NCBI GenBank assembly: GCA_902559075.1
Contig: CACEGO010000004.1
Location: 84 to 64,083, forward strand
DNA from: an uncultured Pelagibacteraceae bacterium
GTDB lineage: Bacteria > Pseudomonadota > Alphaproteobacteria > Pelagibacterales > Pelagibacteraceae
Reading direction: 5' to 3'
Length of the DNA stretch: 64,000 nucleotides
The first letter of the stretch is position 1, and every line of letters begins with the position of its first letter. Of this stretch, positions 47,716 to 58,162 are shown piece by piece. The position numbers and the translations under genes are program-made. A model generated the notes under the pieces. The model saw nothing but the letters and a program-made list of their open reading frames with translations. It made no database searches and was not told the DNA's origin.

Positions 47716-48279
47716 ATGCCAGAAGAAGCAAAGCTACAGAATCTCAGCGATTTTGAGAATAAGTCATTGTTAATCGTGGATGACGATAATCCTTTCCGTG
47801 AGCGTTTAGCAAGAGCGATGGAAAAAAAAGGATTTGAGGTTTTTCAAGCTGAGAGTGTACAAAAGGGAGTTGAATCAGTAAAATCTAAAAAACCTGGTTT
47901 TGCTGTTGTAGACTTAAGACTTGGAGATGGTAATGGACTTGAGGTTGTAAAAGAAATTCAGTCTTCAAATAGTGATAGCAGGATTATCATGTTAACTGGT
48001 TATGGAAATATTCCAACTGCTGTAGCTGCAATTAAAGAAGGTGCAATAGATTATCTAGCTAAACCTGCTGATGCAGAAGATGTGGAGAAAGCATTGTTGG
48101 CAGATCCTTCTAAAAAAGCAGCTCCTCCTGAAAATCCTATGTCTGCAGATAGAGTTAAGTGGGAGCACATACATAGAGTTTTTGAATTATGTAATAGAAA
48201 TGTTTCAGAGACAGCTAGAAGACTTAAAATGCATAGAAGAACTCTTCAAAGAATTCTTTCTAAAAGATCACCTAGATAA
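47716..48279 (+). CDS. regA: Redox response regulator ActR/PrrA/RegA
   Basis: Receiver domain plus PPENPMSADRVKWEHIHRV...NVSETARRLKMHRRTLQRIL.KRSPR. Confidence 0.95.
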   Translation: MPEEAKLQNLSDFENKSLLIVDDDNPFRERLARAMEKKGFEVFQAESVQKGVESVKSKKPGFAVVDLRLGDGNGLEVVKEIQSSNSDSRIIMLTGYGNIPTAVAAIKEGAIDYLAKPADAEDVEKALLADPSKKAAPPENPMSADRVKWEHIHRVFELCNRNVSETARRLKMHRRTLQRILSKRSPR

Positions 48280-48823
48280 ATTTTCTAATTTTAATAATTT
48301 GTTTTGTTAAAATAGCCAAAATCATAATTTTACAAATCTCAGCTAATAAAAACGGTTTTGCGCCTAAGGCAAAGATCGGTTTATCCCATCCAATAAGTGT
48401 TCCAAGCCAAATTAGACCTAAAATATAGATAGTTGAAGTTGCAATAATTAATTTAAATAAAATAACTATGAAATTATCGCTAATTTTAATTTTTGAGGCC
48501 AGGTAACAAGCAGTTAAAAAACCAATTAAATAACCCATAGTTGGTCCAGTAAAATAAATTAATCCAACACCCTTTTCAGGAGAATTTGAAAATACAGGAA
48601 GTCCAACAATACCCTCAATTAAATACAGTCCTACAGTAGCTATTCCAATTTTATAACCTAAACTTACTCCAAGAAATAATACAACAAATGTTTGCATAGT
48701 CATAGGAACTGGATAAAAAGGAATTTTTATTTTAGCTGATATAGTCAAAGCTATTGAGCCAAGAATCACAACAACCAGAGATTTAATTAATTTAGTTTGG
48801 GTAAGATTTTTTGTTAATTCCAT
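48272..48823 (-). CDS. bioY: Biotin transporter BioY
   Basis: PVPMTMQT, GLPVFS, GPTMGYLIGF. Confidence 0.9.
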   Translation of the reverse strand: MELTKNLTQTKLIKSLVVVILGSIALTISAKIKIPFYPVPMTMQTFVVLFLGVSLGYKIGIATVGLYLIEGIVGLPVFSNSPEKGVGLIYFTGPTMGYLIGFLTACYLASKIKISDNFIVILFKLIIATSTIYILGLIWLGTLIGWDKPIFALGAKPFLLAEICKIMILAILTKQIIKIRKFI

Positions 48824-48936
48824 AGTTATATAATACTAAAATATAAAAAATAATCTACTTATAACTGTTAAAATAATTAGAAGTAAATTTTTTTATATAC
48901 AGATTATGTTAGCATTGTAATATTTGATAAAATTTC

Positions 48937-51711
48937 ATGGATAAAATTTCAAAAACAGATCACTTTTATTTTATTGATGGTTCCGGATATATTTTTAGAG
49001 CTTATTATGCCTTGCCACCTTTGACGAGAAAAAGTGATGGGTTGCCCACAGGTGCTGTAAGCGGTTTTTGTAGTATGCTGTTTAAATTATTAGAGGACTC
49101 GAAGTCTGATCAAAACTTACAGAAACCAACACATTTTGCAGTAATATTTGACTCAGCAAGAAAAACTTTTAGAAATGAAATATATAGCGATTACAAAGCT
49201 AATAGGTCAGAGGCACCAGACGATCTAGCTCCTCAATTTGAATATATAAGAAAGTCAGTTTTAGCATTCAATTTACCATCTGTAGATCTTCCTAATTACG
49301 AAGCAGATGATTTAATTGCTACTTATGTAGATCAAGTTCTTAAAAAAGGTGCAAAAGTTACAATTGTTTCATCAGATAAAGATTTAATGCAGTTATATAA
49401 AAAGGGAGTTCGAATATTTGATCCAATGAAAAATAAATTTATAACTGATGATGATGTAATTAAAAAGTTTGGTGTCGATGCAACAAAAGTAATTGATGTA
49501 CAATCTCTTGCAGGAGATAGTAGCGATAATGTTCCTGGTGTACCAGGAATAGGTGTGAAAACAGCAGCTGAATTAATTAATAAATATGGAACTTTAGAAA
49601 ATTTACTAAACTTTGCTCATGAGATTAAACAAAATAAGAGAAGAGAAACTTTATTAGAAAATAAAGATAAAGCCTTAATAAGTAAAAAACTTGTAACATT
49701 AGATCACAAGTCTCCAGTAAAGAGAGAATTAACTGAATTTAAATTAAAAAATATTGACAAAGATAAATTGTATAAATTTTTAAGAGAAATGGAATTTAAC
49801 AGGTTATTGAGTTCTGCTATTTCAGCTTATGGAGAACCTGAATTGATAGGCACAAAGATAGATTCAAAAAATTATGAGAAGCAAACACAAATAAATAACA
49901 AAAATTATCATCTAATTACTAGTTTAGATCAAATAGATGAATGGATAGAGGAAGCAGAGGAAGTGGGGGAAGTTGCAGTTGATACAGAAACAACTTCTTT
50001 AGATCCTCATCAAGCTGATTTAGTTGGTATTTCACTTTGTTCTAAAATAGGTAAAGCTTGTTATATACCCATTGGTCATAATTCATCAGGCTGCATAGAT
50101 AAAATAAAAGTAATAAAAAAAATAAAAAAATTATTAGAGGATCCAAGTGTAAAAAAAATTGGTCAAAATATTAAATTCGATTTTATTGTATTTTACAAAA
50201 ATGGAATAACGCTTAGTTCTATGGAAGATACCATGTTGATGTCTTATGTATTAGATGCTGGAAAAAATAGACACAATATGGATACCTTATCTGAGATACA
50301 TTTGGGTCATAAGACTATTTCGTTCAAAGATTTAGTGGGCACGGGAAAAAAAGCAATTAACTTTAGTCAGGTAGAATTAGATAAAGCAAAAGATTATGCA
50401 GCAGAAGATGCTGACATCACCTTTCGACTGTATAGAAAGTTTTTAAAAAGTTTGAAATCTGAAAAAATGACTAATATTTACGAAACTTTTGAAAAACCAT
50501 TAATTGAAATTCTTGCATTTATGGAAATAGAAGGTGTTGAAATTGATAGTAAATTTTTAAAATCTTTGTCCTCAAAATTTGAAAAAAAAATAAAAAAATT
50601 AGAAAAAGATATTTTTAAAATTTCAAAAAAAGAATTCAATATTGCTTCACCAAAGCAACTAGGAGAAATAATTTATAATAATTTAAAAATTGCAGGATTG
50701 AAAAAGACTAAAAAAGGTAGTTTTGCAACAAGTGCAAGTGTTTTAGAGGATTTAGCCTTTAAGGGGCATGAATTTCCAAAATTAATTTTAGATTGGAGAC
50801 AGGTTTCGAAATTAAAAAATACATACTCTGATGCTTTACCTGAACATGTAAATCAAAGTACAAAAAGGGTGCATACATCCTTTTTACTTGCTGCTACCAC
50901 AACAGGCAGATTAGCATCTAGTGATCCTAATTTGCAAAATATTCCTATAAAATCTGAGGATGGGAAAGAGATAAGGAAAGCTTTCACTGCTAAAAAAGAA
51001 TATGTGTTTATTTCAGCAGATTACAATCAAATTGAAATGAGAATTTTAGCTGATTTAGCTGACGTTAAAGAACTTAAAAAAGCTTTTAAAAACAATGAAG
51101 ACATTCATTCTTTAACTGCCAGCCAAATATTTAATATTGATATAAAAAAAGTTAATCAAGATCACAGAAGAAAGGCTAAAGCTATTAATTTTGGAATAAT
51201 CTATGGAATATCTCAGTACGGATTAGCAAAACAAATAAATGTGTCTAATTATGAAGCAGAGGAATTTTTAAATTCTTATTTTGCAAAATTTCCTGAAATA
51301 AAAGTTTATATGGATAATACAATAAAGTTTTGCAGAAAAAGTGGATACGTAAATAATATATTTGGAAGAAGGTCTCATTTTAGTGGAATTAATGACAAAA
51401 ATTTTAATGTAAGAAATTTTCAAGAACGTGCAGCAATAAATGCTCCAATTCAAGGATCAGCATCTGAAGTTATGCGATTGGCGATGATTAGATTAGATAA
51501 AAAATTATCGGATCAAAAAAATATAAATTCTAAAATGCTTTTACAAATTCATGATGAATTAATTTTTGAGGTTCCAAAAAAAGAGGAAAAAGCGATGCTT
51601 AAACTTATTAAAAGTGAAATGACTAGTGTTGCACAAAGTGATTATCACTCTTTTTCAACCCCTTTAACTGTAGATATAAATGTAGGAGATAATTGGGGTA
51701 TGCTTCATTAA
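48937..51711 (+). CDS. polA: DNA polymerase I
   Basis: 5'-3' exo (IDGSGYIFRAYY, EADD, GDSSDN), 3'-5' exo (DTET, YAAEDAD), polymerase motifs (DYNQIEMR, KAINFGIIYG, QIHDE). Confidence 0.98.
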   Translation: MDKISKTDHFYFIDGSGYIFRAYYALPPLTRKSDGLPTGAVSGFCSMLFKLLEDSKSDQNLQKPTHFAVIFDSARKTFRNEIYSDYKANRSEAPDDLAPQFEYIRKSVLAFNLPSVDLPNYEADDLIATYVDQVLKKGAKVTIVSSDKDLMQLYKKGVRIFDPMKNKFITDDDVIKKFGVDATKVIDVQSLAGDSSDNVPGVPGIGVKTAAELINKYGTLENLLNFAHEIKQNKRRETLLENKDKALISKKLVTLDHKSPVKRELTEFKLKNIDKDKLYKFLREMEFNRLLSSAISAYGEPELIGTKIDSKNYEKQTQINNKNYHLITSLDQIDEWIEEAEEVGEVAVDTETTSLDPHQADLVGISLCSKIGKACYIPIGHNSSGCIDKIKVIKKIKKLLEDPSVKKIGQNIKFDFIVFYKNGITLSSMEDTMLMSYVLDAGKNRHNMDTLSEIHLGHKTISFKDLVGTGKKAINFSQVELDKAKDYAAEDADITFRLYRKFLKSLKSEKMTNIYETFEKPLIEILAFMEIEGVEIDSKFLKSLSSKFEKKIKKLEKDIFKISKKEFNIASPKQLGEIIYNNLKIAGLKKTKKGSFATSASVLEDLAFKGHEFPKLILDWRQVSKLKNTYSDALPEHVNQSTKRVHTSFLLAATTTGRLASSDPNLQNIPIKSEDGKEIRKAFTAKKEYVFISADYNQIEMRILADLADVKELKKAFKNNEDIHSLTASQIFNIDIKKVNQDHRRKAKAINFGIIYGISQYGLAKQINVSNYEAEEFLNSYFAKFPEIKVYMDNTIKFCRKSGYVNNIFGRRSHFSGINDKNFNVRNFQERAAINAPIQGSASEVMRLAMIRLDKKLSDQKNINSKMLLQIHDELIFEVPKKEEKAMLKLIKSEMTSVAQSDYHSFSTPLTVDINVGDNWGMLH

Positions 51712-51721
51712 ATTTATATCA

Positions 51722-51750
51722 TTGCCCAATTTAGAACAATTTAGTATTTT
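51722..51750 (+). promoter_or_regulatory. Putative chvI promoter with an internal 8-bp direct repeat
   Basis: TTGCCC-17 nt-TATTTT; CAATTTAG at 51727 and 51737. Confidence 0.45.
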
Positions 51751-51760
51751 TAAATAAAGT

Positions 51761-52468
51761 ATGAATAAAGAGACAATAGCTTTAATTGATGACGACAGAA
51801 ATATTTTAACAAGTTTAAGTATAGCATTAGAGAAAGAGGGATTTAAAGTTCAAACCTACATTGATGGTGAAAGTGCACTAATTGGTTTAACTAGAATGCC
51901 TCCTGATTTAGCTGTAATTGATATTAAAATGCCTAAAATGGATGGGGAAGAACTTCTTAAGAAGTTAAGAAAAAAAACTTCAATGCCAGTAATTTTTTTA
52001 ACATCAAAAGATGATGAAATAGACGAATTGTTAGGTTTAAAATTAGGTGCGGATGATTTTGTAAAAAAATCAGGAGGGTTCTCAATTAAAGTTTTAATTG
52101 AACGAATTAGAGTGCAGTTAAGAAAAAGGGACTCAAATAATATTTTAGAAGAAAACAAAAGTTTAATTTCACATGGAAGATTAAAATTAGATCCTTCTCA
52201 ACTTGAGTGTGAATGGAATGGTCAGCATCTTCCAGATAAATTAACTACAACTGAATTTTTAATTGTTACAGAATTAGCAAAAAGGCCTGGCATTATTAAA
52301 GAAAGGGCACAATTAATGGATATTGCTTATAGGGAAGATACAGATATTGAAGATAGAACTATAGATAGTCATGTTAAAAGGATTAGAAAAAAATTTAAAA
52401 AAGTAGACCCTGATTTTTCAGCTATTGAAACTAGATATGGTAGTGGATATAGATGGAATGTTAGCTGA
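51761..52468 (+). CDS. chvI: OmpR-family response regulator ChvI
   Basis: IALIDDDRNILTS, DIKMPKMDG, FLTSKD, DRTIDSHVKRIRKKF, GYRW. Confidence 0.92.
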   Translation: MNKETIALIDDDRNILTSLSIALEKEGFKVQTYIDGESALIGLTRMPPDLAVIDIKMPKMDGEELLKKLRKKTSMPVIFLTSKDDEIDELLGLKLGADDFVKKSGGFSIKVLIERIRVQLRKRDSNNILEENKSLISHGRLKLDPSQLECEWNGQHLPDKLTTTEFLIVTELAKRPGIIKERAQLMDIAYREDTDIEDRTIDSHVKRIRKKFKKVDPDFSAIETRYGSGYRWNVS

Positions 52469-54010
52469 TGTTTAGTAAATACTTAAAAACTCTTTCTATA
52501 TTAAAAAAGTTCTTATTTATAAATTTAATAATTTTTACTATTATTGGACTGTTTACTTTTACATATTTAATTAACATAGAGCCAAGTTTATTAAAGAAAA
52601 AATCTCAAAATCATAACAATATTATAAATAATACGATTGATAATATTTTAAGATTAGATGTAAAATTTAAAGAAGATGATATTAGAAAGTTTTTATTTTC
52701 AACAAGGTTTATATTTCAAAATTTAGATAGAGTTACATTTTTTGATGATCAACTAAACCTTGTTGGTGATACAGATACTTTAGATCTTGATCCAAGATCA
52801 TTTTCTTCAAGATTAGATAAAATTGAATTTGAAAATTTAAATGAACAAGAGATAGAAAAAAAAAATTGAGGAAAAAAATGTTAAATTAGATAAAAAAAAA
52901 TTAGTCTCCTTTAGTGCTATATTAGAGAAATATTCAAATTCAGAGAATTTTGGATCTCCATTTACTTTTGCACAAGATAACTTTAGTCAGTTCAAAGTAA
53001 CAACCTTAAAAAATGTTACAAAAAACGAAATTATAATTGGTTACCTAGCAATAACTGAAAATGCTAACGATATAAAAATCGCGATAAATGAGAGAAAAGC
53101 TTTTGTCATAAGAACCGCAATATCAGTTGGTTTTGTAATATTAATATTTTCTTTTGTACTGAGCAGGTATTTTATTAAACCTATACAGAATTTGGTTGGT
53201 TACACAATTCGTATAAAAGAAAAGAATCAAAATAAGACTAATATTGAAAATTTAAAAAAAAGAAATGATGAATTAGGTTTACTTTCTAACTCATTAGAGG
53301 ATATGACTAACGAACTACAAAAAAGAGTAACCCATGCTGAAAATTTTTCTACCGATTTAGTTCACGAAATTAGAAATCCTTTAGCCTCTCTAAAAAGTGC
53401 ATCTGAGATTTTGCAAGATACTAATGATCCAGATCAAAGATCGAGATTATTAAATATTCTTAGTCATGACGTGCAAAGGATTGAAAGATTAATTACCGAT
53501 TATTCACAGATGCTAAAGGATGAGGTTGCACTAAGTAAAGAAAAAATGCAAAAAATAAATATTGAACCTATCATTCAATCTGTTGTTGATGACTATAATA
53601 ATATTCATGAAGTAAAAAAAAGTATTAAAATAAAATATGAAAACGATGGAAAAAATAAATATTTTATAAACGGTATAGAAAATAGAATTGAACAAATAAT
53701 TGCAAATTTATTGGACAATTCAATTTCATTCAGTAAAAATGAAAGTAGCATTTTTGTTAGTGTGTCTGTTAATTCAGATAAAAAAATTTCATTAAAAATA
53801 GTAGATGAGGGAGAGGGTTTTAAAGAAAAAGATACATCTAGAATATTCAATAGATTTTATAGTAATAGACCTGAAAAGTTTGGAGAACATTCAGGACTAG
53901 GATTAAATATAGTAAAAAATCTAGTCGATTTACATGACGGAGAAATTGTAGCGTCTAATCGTCCTGATGGTAATGGTGCAATAATAGAAATTAAATTTCC
54001 TAGTATTTAA
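52468..54010 (+). pseudogene. chvG: Sensor histidine kinase ChvG, interrupted by a +1 frameshift in an A10 run (52856-52865); possibly an assembly error
   Basis: TM1 and the start of the periplasmic domain are in the first frame, which stops at 52869. Deleting one A gives a continuous 513-aa frame through TM2, HAMP, DLVHEIRNPL and the HATPase domain (NLLDN, DEGEG, HSGLGL). Confidence 0.85.
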
Positions 54011-54052
54011 ACAATTCTTGATTAATGCTTGCTTAGCTGTATAAAGCTCCAC

Positions 54053-55339
54053 ATGGAAGATTTTAAAGTAAAAGACATATCTCAAGCTGAATTTGGTAGA
54101 AAAGAAATTTCGATCGCTGAAAGTGAAATGCCAGGTTTGATGGCTTTAAGAGATGAGTATGCTGGTCAGCAACCATTAAAAGGTGCAAGAATTATTGGGT
54201 GTCTTCATATGACAATACAAACTGCAGTTTTAATTGAAACTTTAGTTGCACTTGGTGCAGAAGTTCGATGGTCATCTTGTAATATTTTTTCTACTCAAGA
54301 TCATGCAGCTGCTGCAATTGCAAAAGCAGGTGTTCCAGTTTATGCATGGAAAGGTGAAACAGAGGAAGAATACTTGTGGTGTATTAAACAAACGATTGTT
54401 GGTAATCAAGATTGGAAACCAAATATGTTGTTAGATGATGGTGGTGATTTAACAGCTATAATGCATAATGAATATCAGGACTTAATGAAAGATGTTAAGG
54501 GCGTTTCAGAGGAGACTACAACAGGGATTAAAGCGCTTAATAAAATGGAAAAAGATAATTCTCTTTTAGTTCCTGCAATTAATGTAAATGATTCAGTTAC
54601 TAAATCAAAATTTGATAATTTATATGGATGTAGAGAAAGCTTAGTTGATGGCATTAGAAGAGCAACAGATGTAATGATGTCAGGAAAAATTGCTATCGTT
54701 GCAGGTTTTGGTGATGTGGGCAAAGGTAGTGCAGCATCTTTGAGACAAAGTGGAGCAAGAGTTTTAGTAACCGAGGCTGATCCAATTTGTGCTCTACAAG
54801 CGGCAATGGAAGGTTATGAGGTTGTATTAATGGAGGAAGCAATAGGCAGAGCCGATATAGTTGTAACAGCCACAGGAAATAAAGATATAGTGACTGCAGA
54901 CCACATGAGAGACATGAAGGATAGAGCAATATTATGTAACATTGGACATTTTGATAATGAAATACAAGTTGAGGCTCTAAGAAATTATAAATGGACAGAG
55001 GTAAAACCCCAAGTTCATGAAATAGAACTTCCCAGTGGTAAGAGAATTATACTTTTGGCAGAAGGAAGATTAGTAAATTTGGGATGTGCAACTGGGCATC
55101 CAAGCTTTGTTATGAGTGCATCATTTACAAATCAGGTTATAGCTCAGATAGAACTTTGGCATAATCATAAAAATTATGAAAATAAAGTATATGTGTTACC
55201 AAAACATTTAGACGAAAAAGTAGCCACACTACATTTGAAAAAAGTTGGAGCAAAACTAACTAAGCTATCAAAAGATCAAGCAGACTATATAAGTGTAAAA
55301 ACAGAGGGTCCTTTCAAGCCAGATGCCTATCGCTATTAA
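54053..55339 (+). CDS. ahcY: Adenosylhomocysteinase
   Basis: [43 protein letters not shown]; ATG at 54053 preferred over TTG 54029. Confidence 0.97.
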   Translation: MEDFKVKDISQAEFGRKEISIAESEMPGLMALRDEYAGQQPLKGARIIGCLHMTIQTAVLIETLVALGAEVRWSSCNIFSTQDHAAAAIAKAGVPVYAWKGETEEEYLWCIKQTIVGNQDWKPNMLLDDGGDLTAIMHNEYQDLMKDVKGVSEETTTGIKALNKMEKDNSLLVPAINVNDSVTKSKFDNLYGCRESLVDGIRRATDVMMSGKIAIVAGFGDVGKGSAASLRQSGARVLVTEADPICALQAAMEGYEVVLMEEAIGRADIVVTATGNKDIVTADHMRDMKDRAILCNIGHFDNEIQVEALRNYKWTEVKPQVHEIELPSGKRIILLAEGRLVNLGCATGHPSFVMSASFTNQVIAQIELWHNHKNYENKVYVLPKHLDEKVATLHLKKVGAKLTKLSKDQADYISVKTEGPFKPDAYRY

Positions 55340-55772
55340 AGATAGCAAGTTTAATATTACTTCTGAGAAGTCAACTAAAGAATTAGCTCAAAAATTTTCT
55401 GAAAATCTTATAGGTGGTGAATTTATTTTTTTATATGGAGAAATGGGTGTTGGCAAAACAACATTTGTAAAATATTTTATAAATGAACTTCAAAAAATAA
55501 ATAATTTACCACAGACAGAAATAACAAGCCCTACATTTAGCTTGTTAAATGAATACCAGGTAAAGGACATAAGAATAAAGCATTATGATTTATTTAGAAT
55601 TAATAAAAAAGAAGATACTCAAAATTTAGAAATTTTTGAAAAAAATAATAAATTAATAACTTTTATAGAATGGCCAAAATTAATAGCCGATACACAAAAA
55701 ATAAAGTCTATTAATTTAACTTTTAGTTATTTAAATGATTTAAATGATAGAAGTGTGAATATAAAAGTATAA
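55323..55772 (+). CDS. tsaE: tRNA t6A biosynthesis ATPase
   Basis: [25 protein letters not shown]. Confidence 0.93.
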   Translation: MPIAIKDSKFNITSEKSTKELAQKFSENLIGGEFIFLYGEMGVGKTTFVKYFINELQKINNLPQTEITSPTFSLLNEYQVKDIRIKHYDLFRINKKEDTQNLEIFEKNNKLITFIEWPKLIADTQKIKSINLTFSYLNDLNDRSVNIKV

Positions 55773-55789
55773 ATTAAAAAACATTTTTG

Positions 55790-56734
55790 ATGAAAAGACT
55801 AGCAAAATTGAAAAAAATTAAAGGTGATGCTTCGTTCAGAGAGTTTTATAGAAACCAAGAAAATAATTCAATTTTAGTTCTTTCAAAGAAAGAAAAGTTA
55901 AAAAACCTTTTAATTTATGATGCGATTAATAAAATTTTAACTAAAAATAAAATTCTAGCACCAAAACTATTGAGTGAAAATTATTTAAATAATTATATAG
56001 AAATACAAGACTTTGGAGATCAAACTGTATTTGAAATTTTAAAAAATAATAAGCATAATAAATATGCTACTTTTAAGAGGATTATAAAAATTTTAAATAA
56101 AATACAATTAATAAAAGATAAAAAAGTAAAAAATTTTAAAAACAAATTGTATAAAGTTCAAGAGTACAAAAAAAAAATTTTGCTTGATGAAACTAAACTT
56201 TTTTGTGATTGGTATGTACCAAATATATTACCTGAATTAAAAAGGATTAAATTTAATAAAACGTTTAAATTAGAGATAAAATACTTAGTATCAAAATTGA
56301 ATTACAAAAATGATACATTTGTCCATAGAGATTTTCATGTCTCAAACTTAATGTACTTTAAAGAAAATATTGCATTAATAGATAGTCAAGATGCATTAAT
56401 AGGTAATAAAGCTTACGATTTAGCATCTTTAATTGACGATGTAAGATTAAAAACATCTAATGAATTAAAAGAAAAAGTATTTATGTTTTATATTAAAACG
56501 AATAAAAAAATTGAGTTAAAAAAATTTAAAAAAGATTTTGAAATATTGTCAATTTTACGAAATTTGAAAATAATTGGTATATTTACGCGTTTAGCCGTCA
56601 GAGATAATAAGAAAAAATATATTAAATTGATCCCTTACGCCTGGGAAATGATCAATAATAGAATTAAAAAGCAAAATGAATTTAAAAATTTGATGTTATT
56701 ATTAAAAATTAATTTTCCTAAATTTATTCGGTAA
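55790..56734 (+). CDS. amgK: MurNAc/GlcNAc anomeric kinase (APH-like phosphotransferase)
   Basis: GDASFREFYR, HRDFHVSNL, IDSQDA, YDLASL, GIFTRL; tsaE-amgK-murU synteny. Confidence 0.82.
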   Translation: MKRLAKLKKIKGDASFREFYRNQENNSILVLSKKEKLKNLLIYDAINKILTKNKILAPKLLSENYLNNYIEIQDFGDQTVFEILKNNKHNKYATFKRIIKILNKIQLIKDKKVKNFKNKLYKVQEYKKKILLDETKLFCDWYVPNILPELKRIKFNKTFKLEIKYLVSKLNYKNDTFVHRDFHVSNLMYFKENIALIDSQDALIGNKAYDLASLIDDVRLKTSNELKEKVFMFYIKTNKKIELKKFKKDFEILSILRNLKIIGIFTRLAVRDNKKKYIKLIPYAWEMINNRIKKQNEFKNLMLLLKINFPKFIR

Positions 56735-56738
56735 AGAT

Positions 56739-57428
56739 GTGAGGATAAATACAGCGTTAATCTTATGTGCAGGTTTTGGTAAAAGATTAAATCCAATTAC
56801 TTCAAACACCCCAAAGCCTTTATTAAAAATTAAAAATGTAAGTATGTTAGAGCGGTGTATTTATTTAATTGAAAAATTAGGTATTCAAAAAATTATTATA
56901 AACACTTTTTATTTGAAGGATCAGTTTTCAAACTTTTTTAGTAATAAAAAATTTAATTTATCTATTAAAATAATTGAAGATGGTAAATATATTTTAGATA
57001 CAGGGGGAGGCATACAAAATATGATTAAAGATTCTAATGAAAATGATTTTTTAATTTTTAATCCAGATACAGTTTGGAATAATAATTATAAAGATGAAAT
57101 TTTAAAAATGGAAGAAATGTACTTCTCTAAAAAACTAGAAAATATTCTCCTTTTAGTTAATAAAAAATTAAGTTTTGATAAAAAACTAAAAGGAGATTTT
57201 AATTTAAAAAATAATTTAATTAACAAAGAATTGGAAAAGGATTTTATTTATATTGGATGTCAAATTATTAACAAAAAATTATTTATTAGAAATAAAATTG
57301 AAAATTACTCAATTTTGGAAATTTGGAATAATTTATTAGACCAAAAGAAGTTGTACGGTTATGAAAGTCAAAAAGACTTTTATCATTTAACTGATCTAAA
57401 TATTTTTAAAAAACTAAAAGATCTTTAG
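56739..57428 (+). CDS. murU: MurNAc-1-phosphate uridylyltransferase-like nucleotidyltransferase
   Basis: LCAGFGKRLNP...PKPL, LDTGGGI, NPD; follows amgK. Confidence 0.78.
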   Translation: MRINTALILCAGFGKRLNPITSNTPKPLLKIKNVSMLERCIYLIEKLGIQKIIINTFYLKDQFSNFFSNKKFNLSIKIIEDGKYILDTGGGIQNMIKDSNENDFLIFNPDTVWNNNYKDEILKMEEMYFSKKLENILLLVNKKLSFDKKLKGDFNLKNNLINKELEKDFIYIGCQIINKKLFIRNKIENYSILEIWNNLLDQKKLYGYESQKDFYHLTDLNIFKKLKDL

Positions 57429-58116
57429 CTCTTTCTTGATCTAGATATTTACAACTCGAAATTTTATTGTTTTCAAATTCAATTAATAGTGGGTTTCCTG
57501 TAGGAATTTCAAGTTTAGAAATTTCATTGTTATCTAACCTAAACAAATGTTTGCAAAGAGCTCTTATAGAATTTCCATGAGCTGAAATAAGGATATTTTT
57601 ATTATTCATATATTCTACCATCTCCTTATTGTAAAATTTAATTACTCTTTCATATGTATCTTTTAATGACTCAGTGTCAGGTATTCTCTCTAAGGGAATT
57701 TCTTTGTAAGTTTCAATATTTATTGGATGGTATTGATTTTTTTTATCCAAAGGTTCGGGCCTAAGATCCCAAGAACGCCTAAATTGATGAACTTTTTCTT
57801 CCCCAAGTTTTTTTTTTATTTCATCTTTATTTAATCCTGTGAGTGCTCCATAATGTCTTTCATTTAATTCCCAAGCACTCTTTATCTCTTTAAATTGCCC
57901 CAATTCTTTTTGTATAATTTGCAAGGTATTTTTTGCTCTTAATTGAAAGGATGAATAATAAAGATCAATCTCAATTTGTTCTTGTTTTATTAATTGACCT
58001 GCTTTCTTTGCTTCTAATTTTCCATTTTCAGCTAAATCAACATCAACCCACCCAGTAAATTTATTTTCAAGATTCCATATACTTTGGCCGTGTCTTACTA
58101 AAATTAAATAACTCAT
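57406..58116 (-). CDS. gpmA: 2,3-bisphosphoglycerate-dependent phosphoglycerate mutase
   Basis: LVRHGQS.WN...FTGW.D, LNERHYG, AHGNSIR, IPTG; ATG at 58116. Confidence 0.95.
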   Translation of the reverse strand: MSYLILVRHGQSIWNLENKFTGWVDVDLAENGKLEAKKAGQLIKQEQIEIDLYYSSFQLRAKNTLQIIQKELGQFKEIKSAWELNERHYGALTGLNKDEIKKKLGEEKVHQFRRSWDLRPEPLDKKNQYHPINIETYKEIPLERIPDTESLKDTYERVIKFYNKEMVEYMNNKNILISAHGNSIRALCKHLFRLDNNEISKLEIPTGNPLLIEFENNKISSCKYLDQERAKDLLVF

Positions 58117-58162
58117 CTGTTTATCTTTTAGAATAATTTGATAAATAAAACTATAATTAATA

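Noticed and set aside
52468-54010. Two separate genes (133 aa membrane protein and 272 aa kinase)
   Set aside because: The intervening 322 nt is open in the kinase frame and encodes the rest of the sensor domain and TM2, so this is one frameshifted chvG.
54011-54052. Possible SAH or SAM riboswitch upstream of ahcY
   Set aside because: The spacer is only 42 nt, is occupied by a promoter-like motif, and shows no aptamer consensus.
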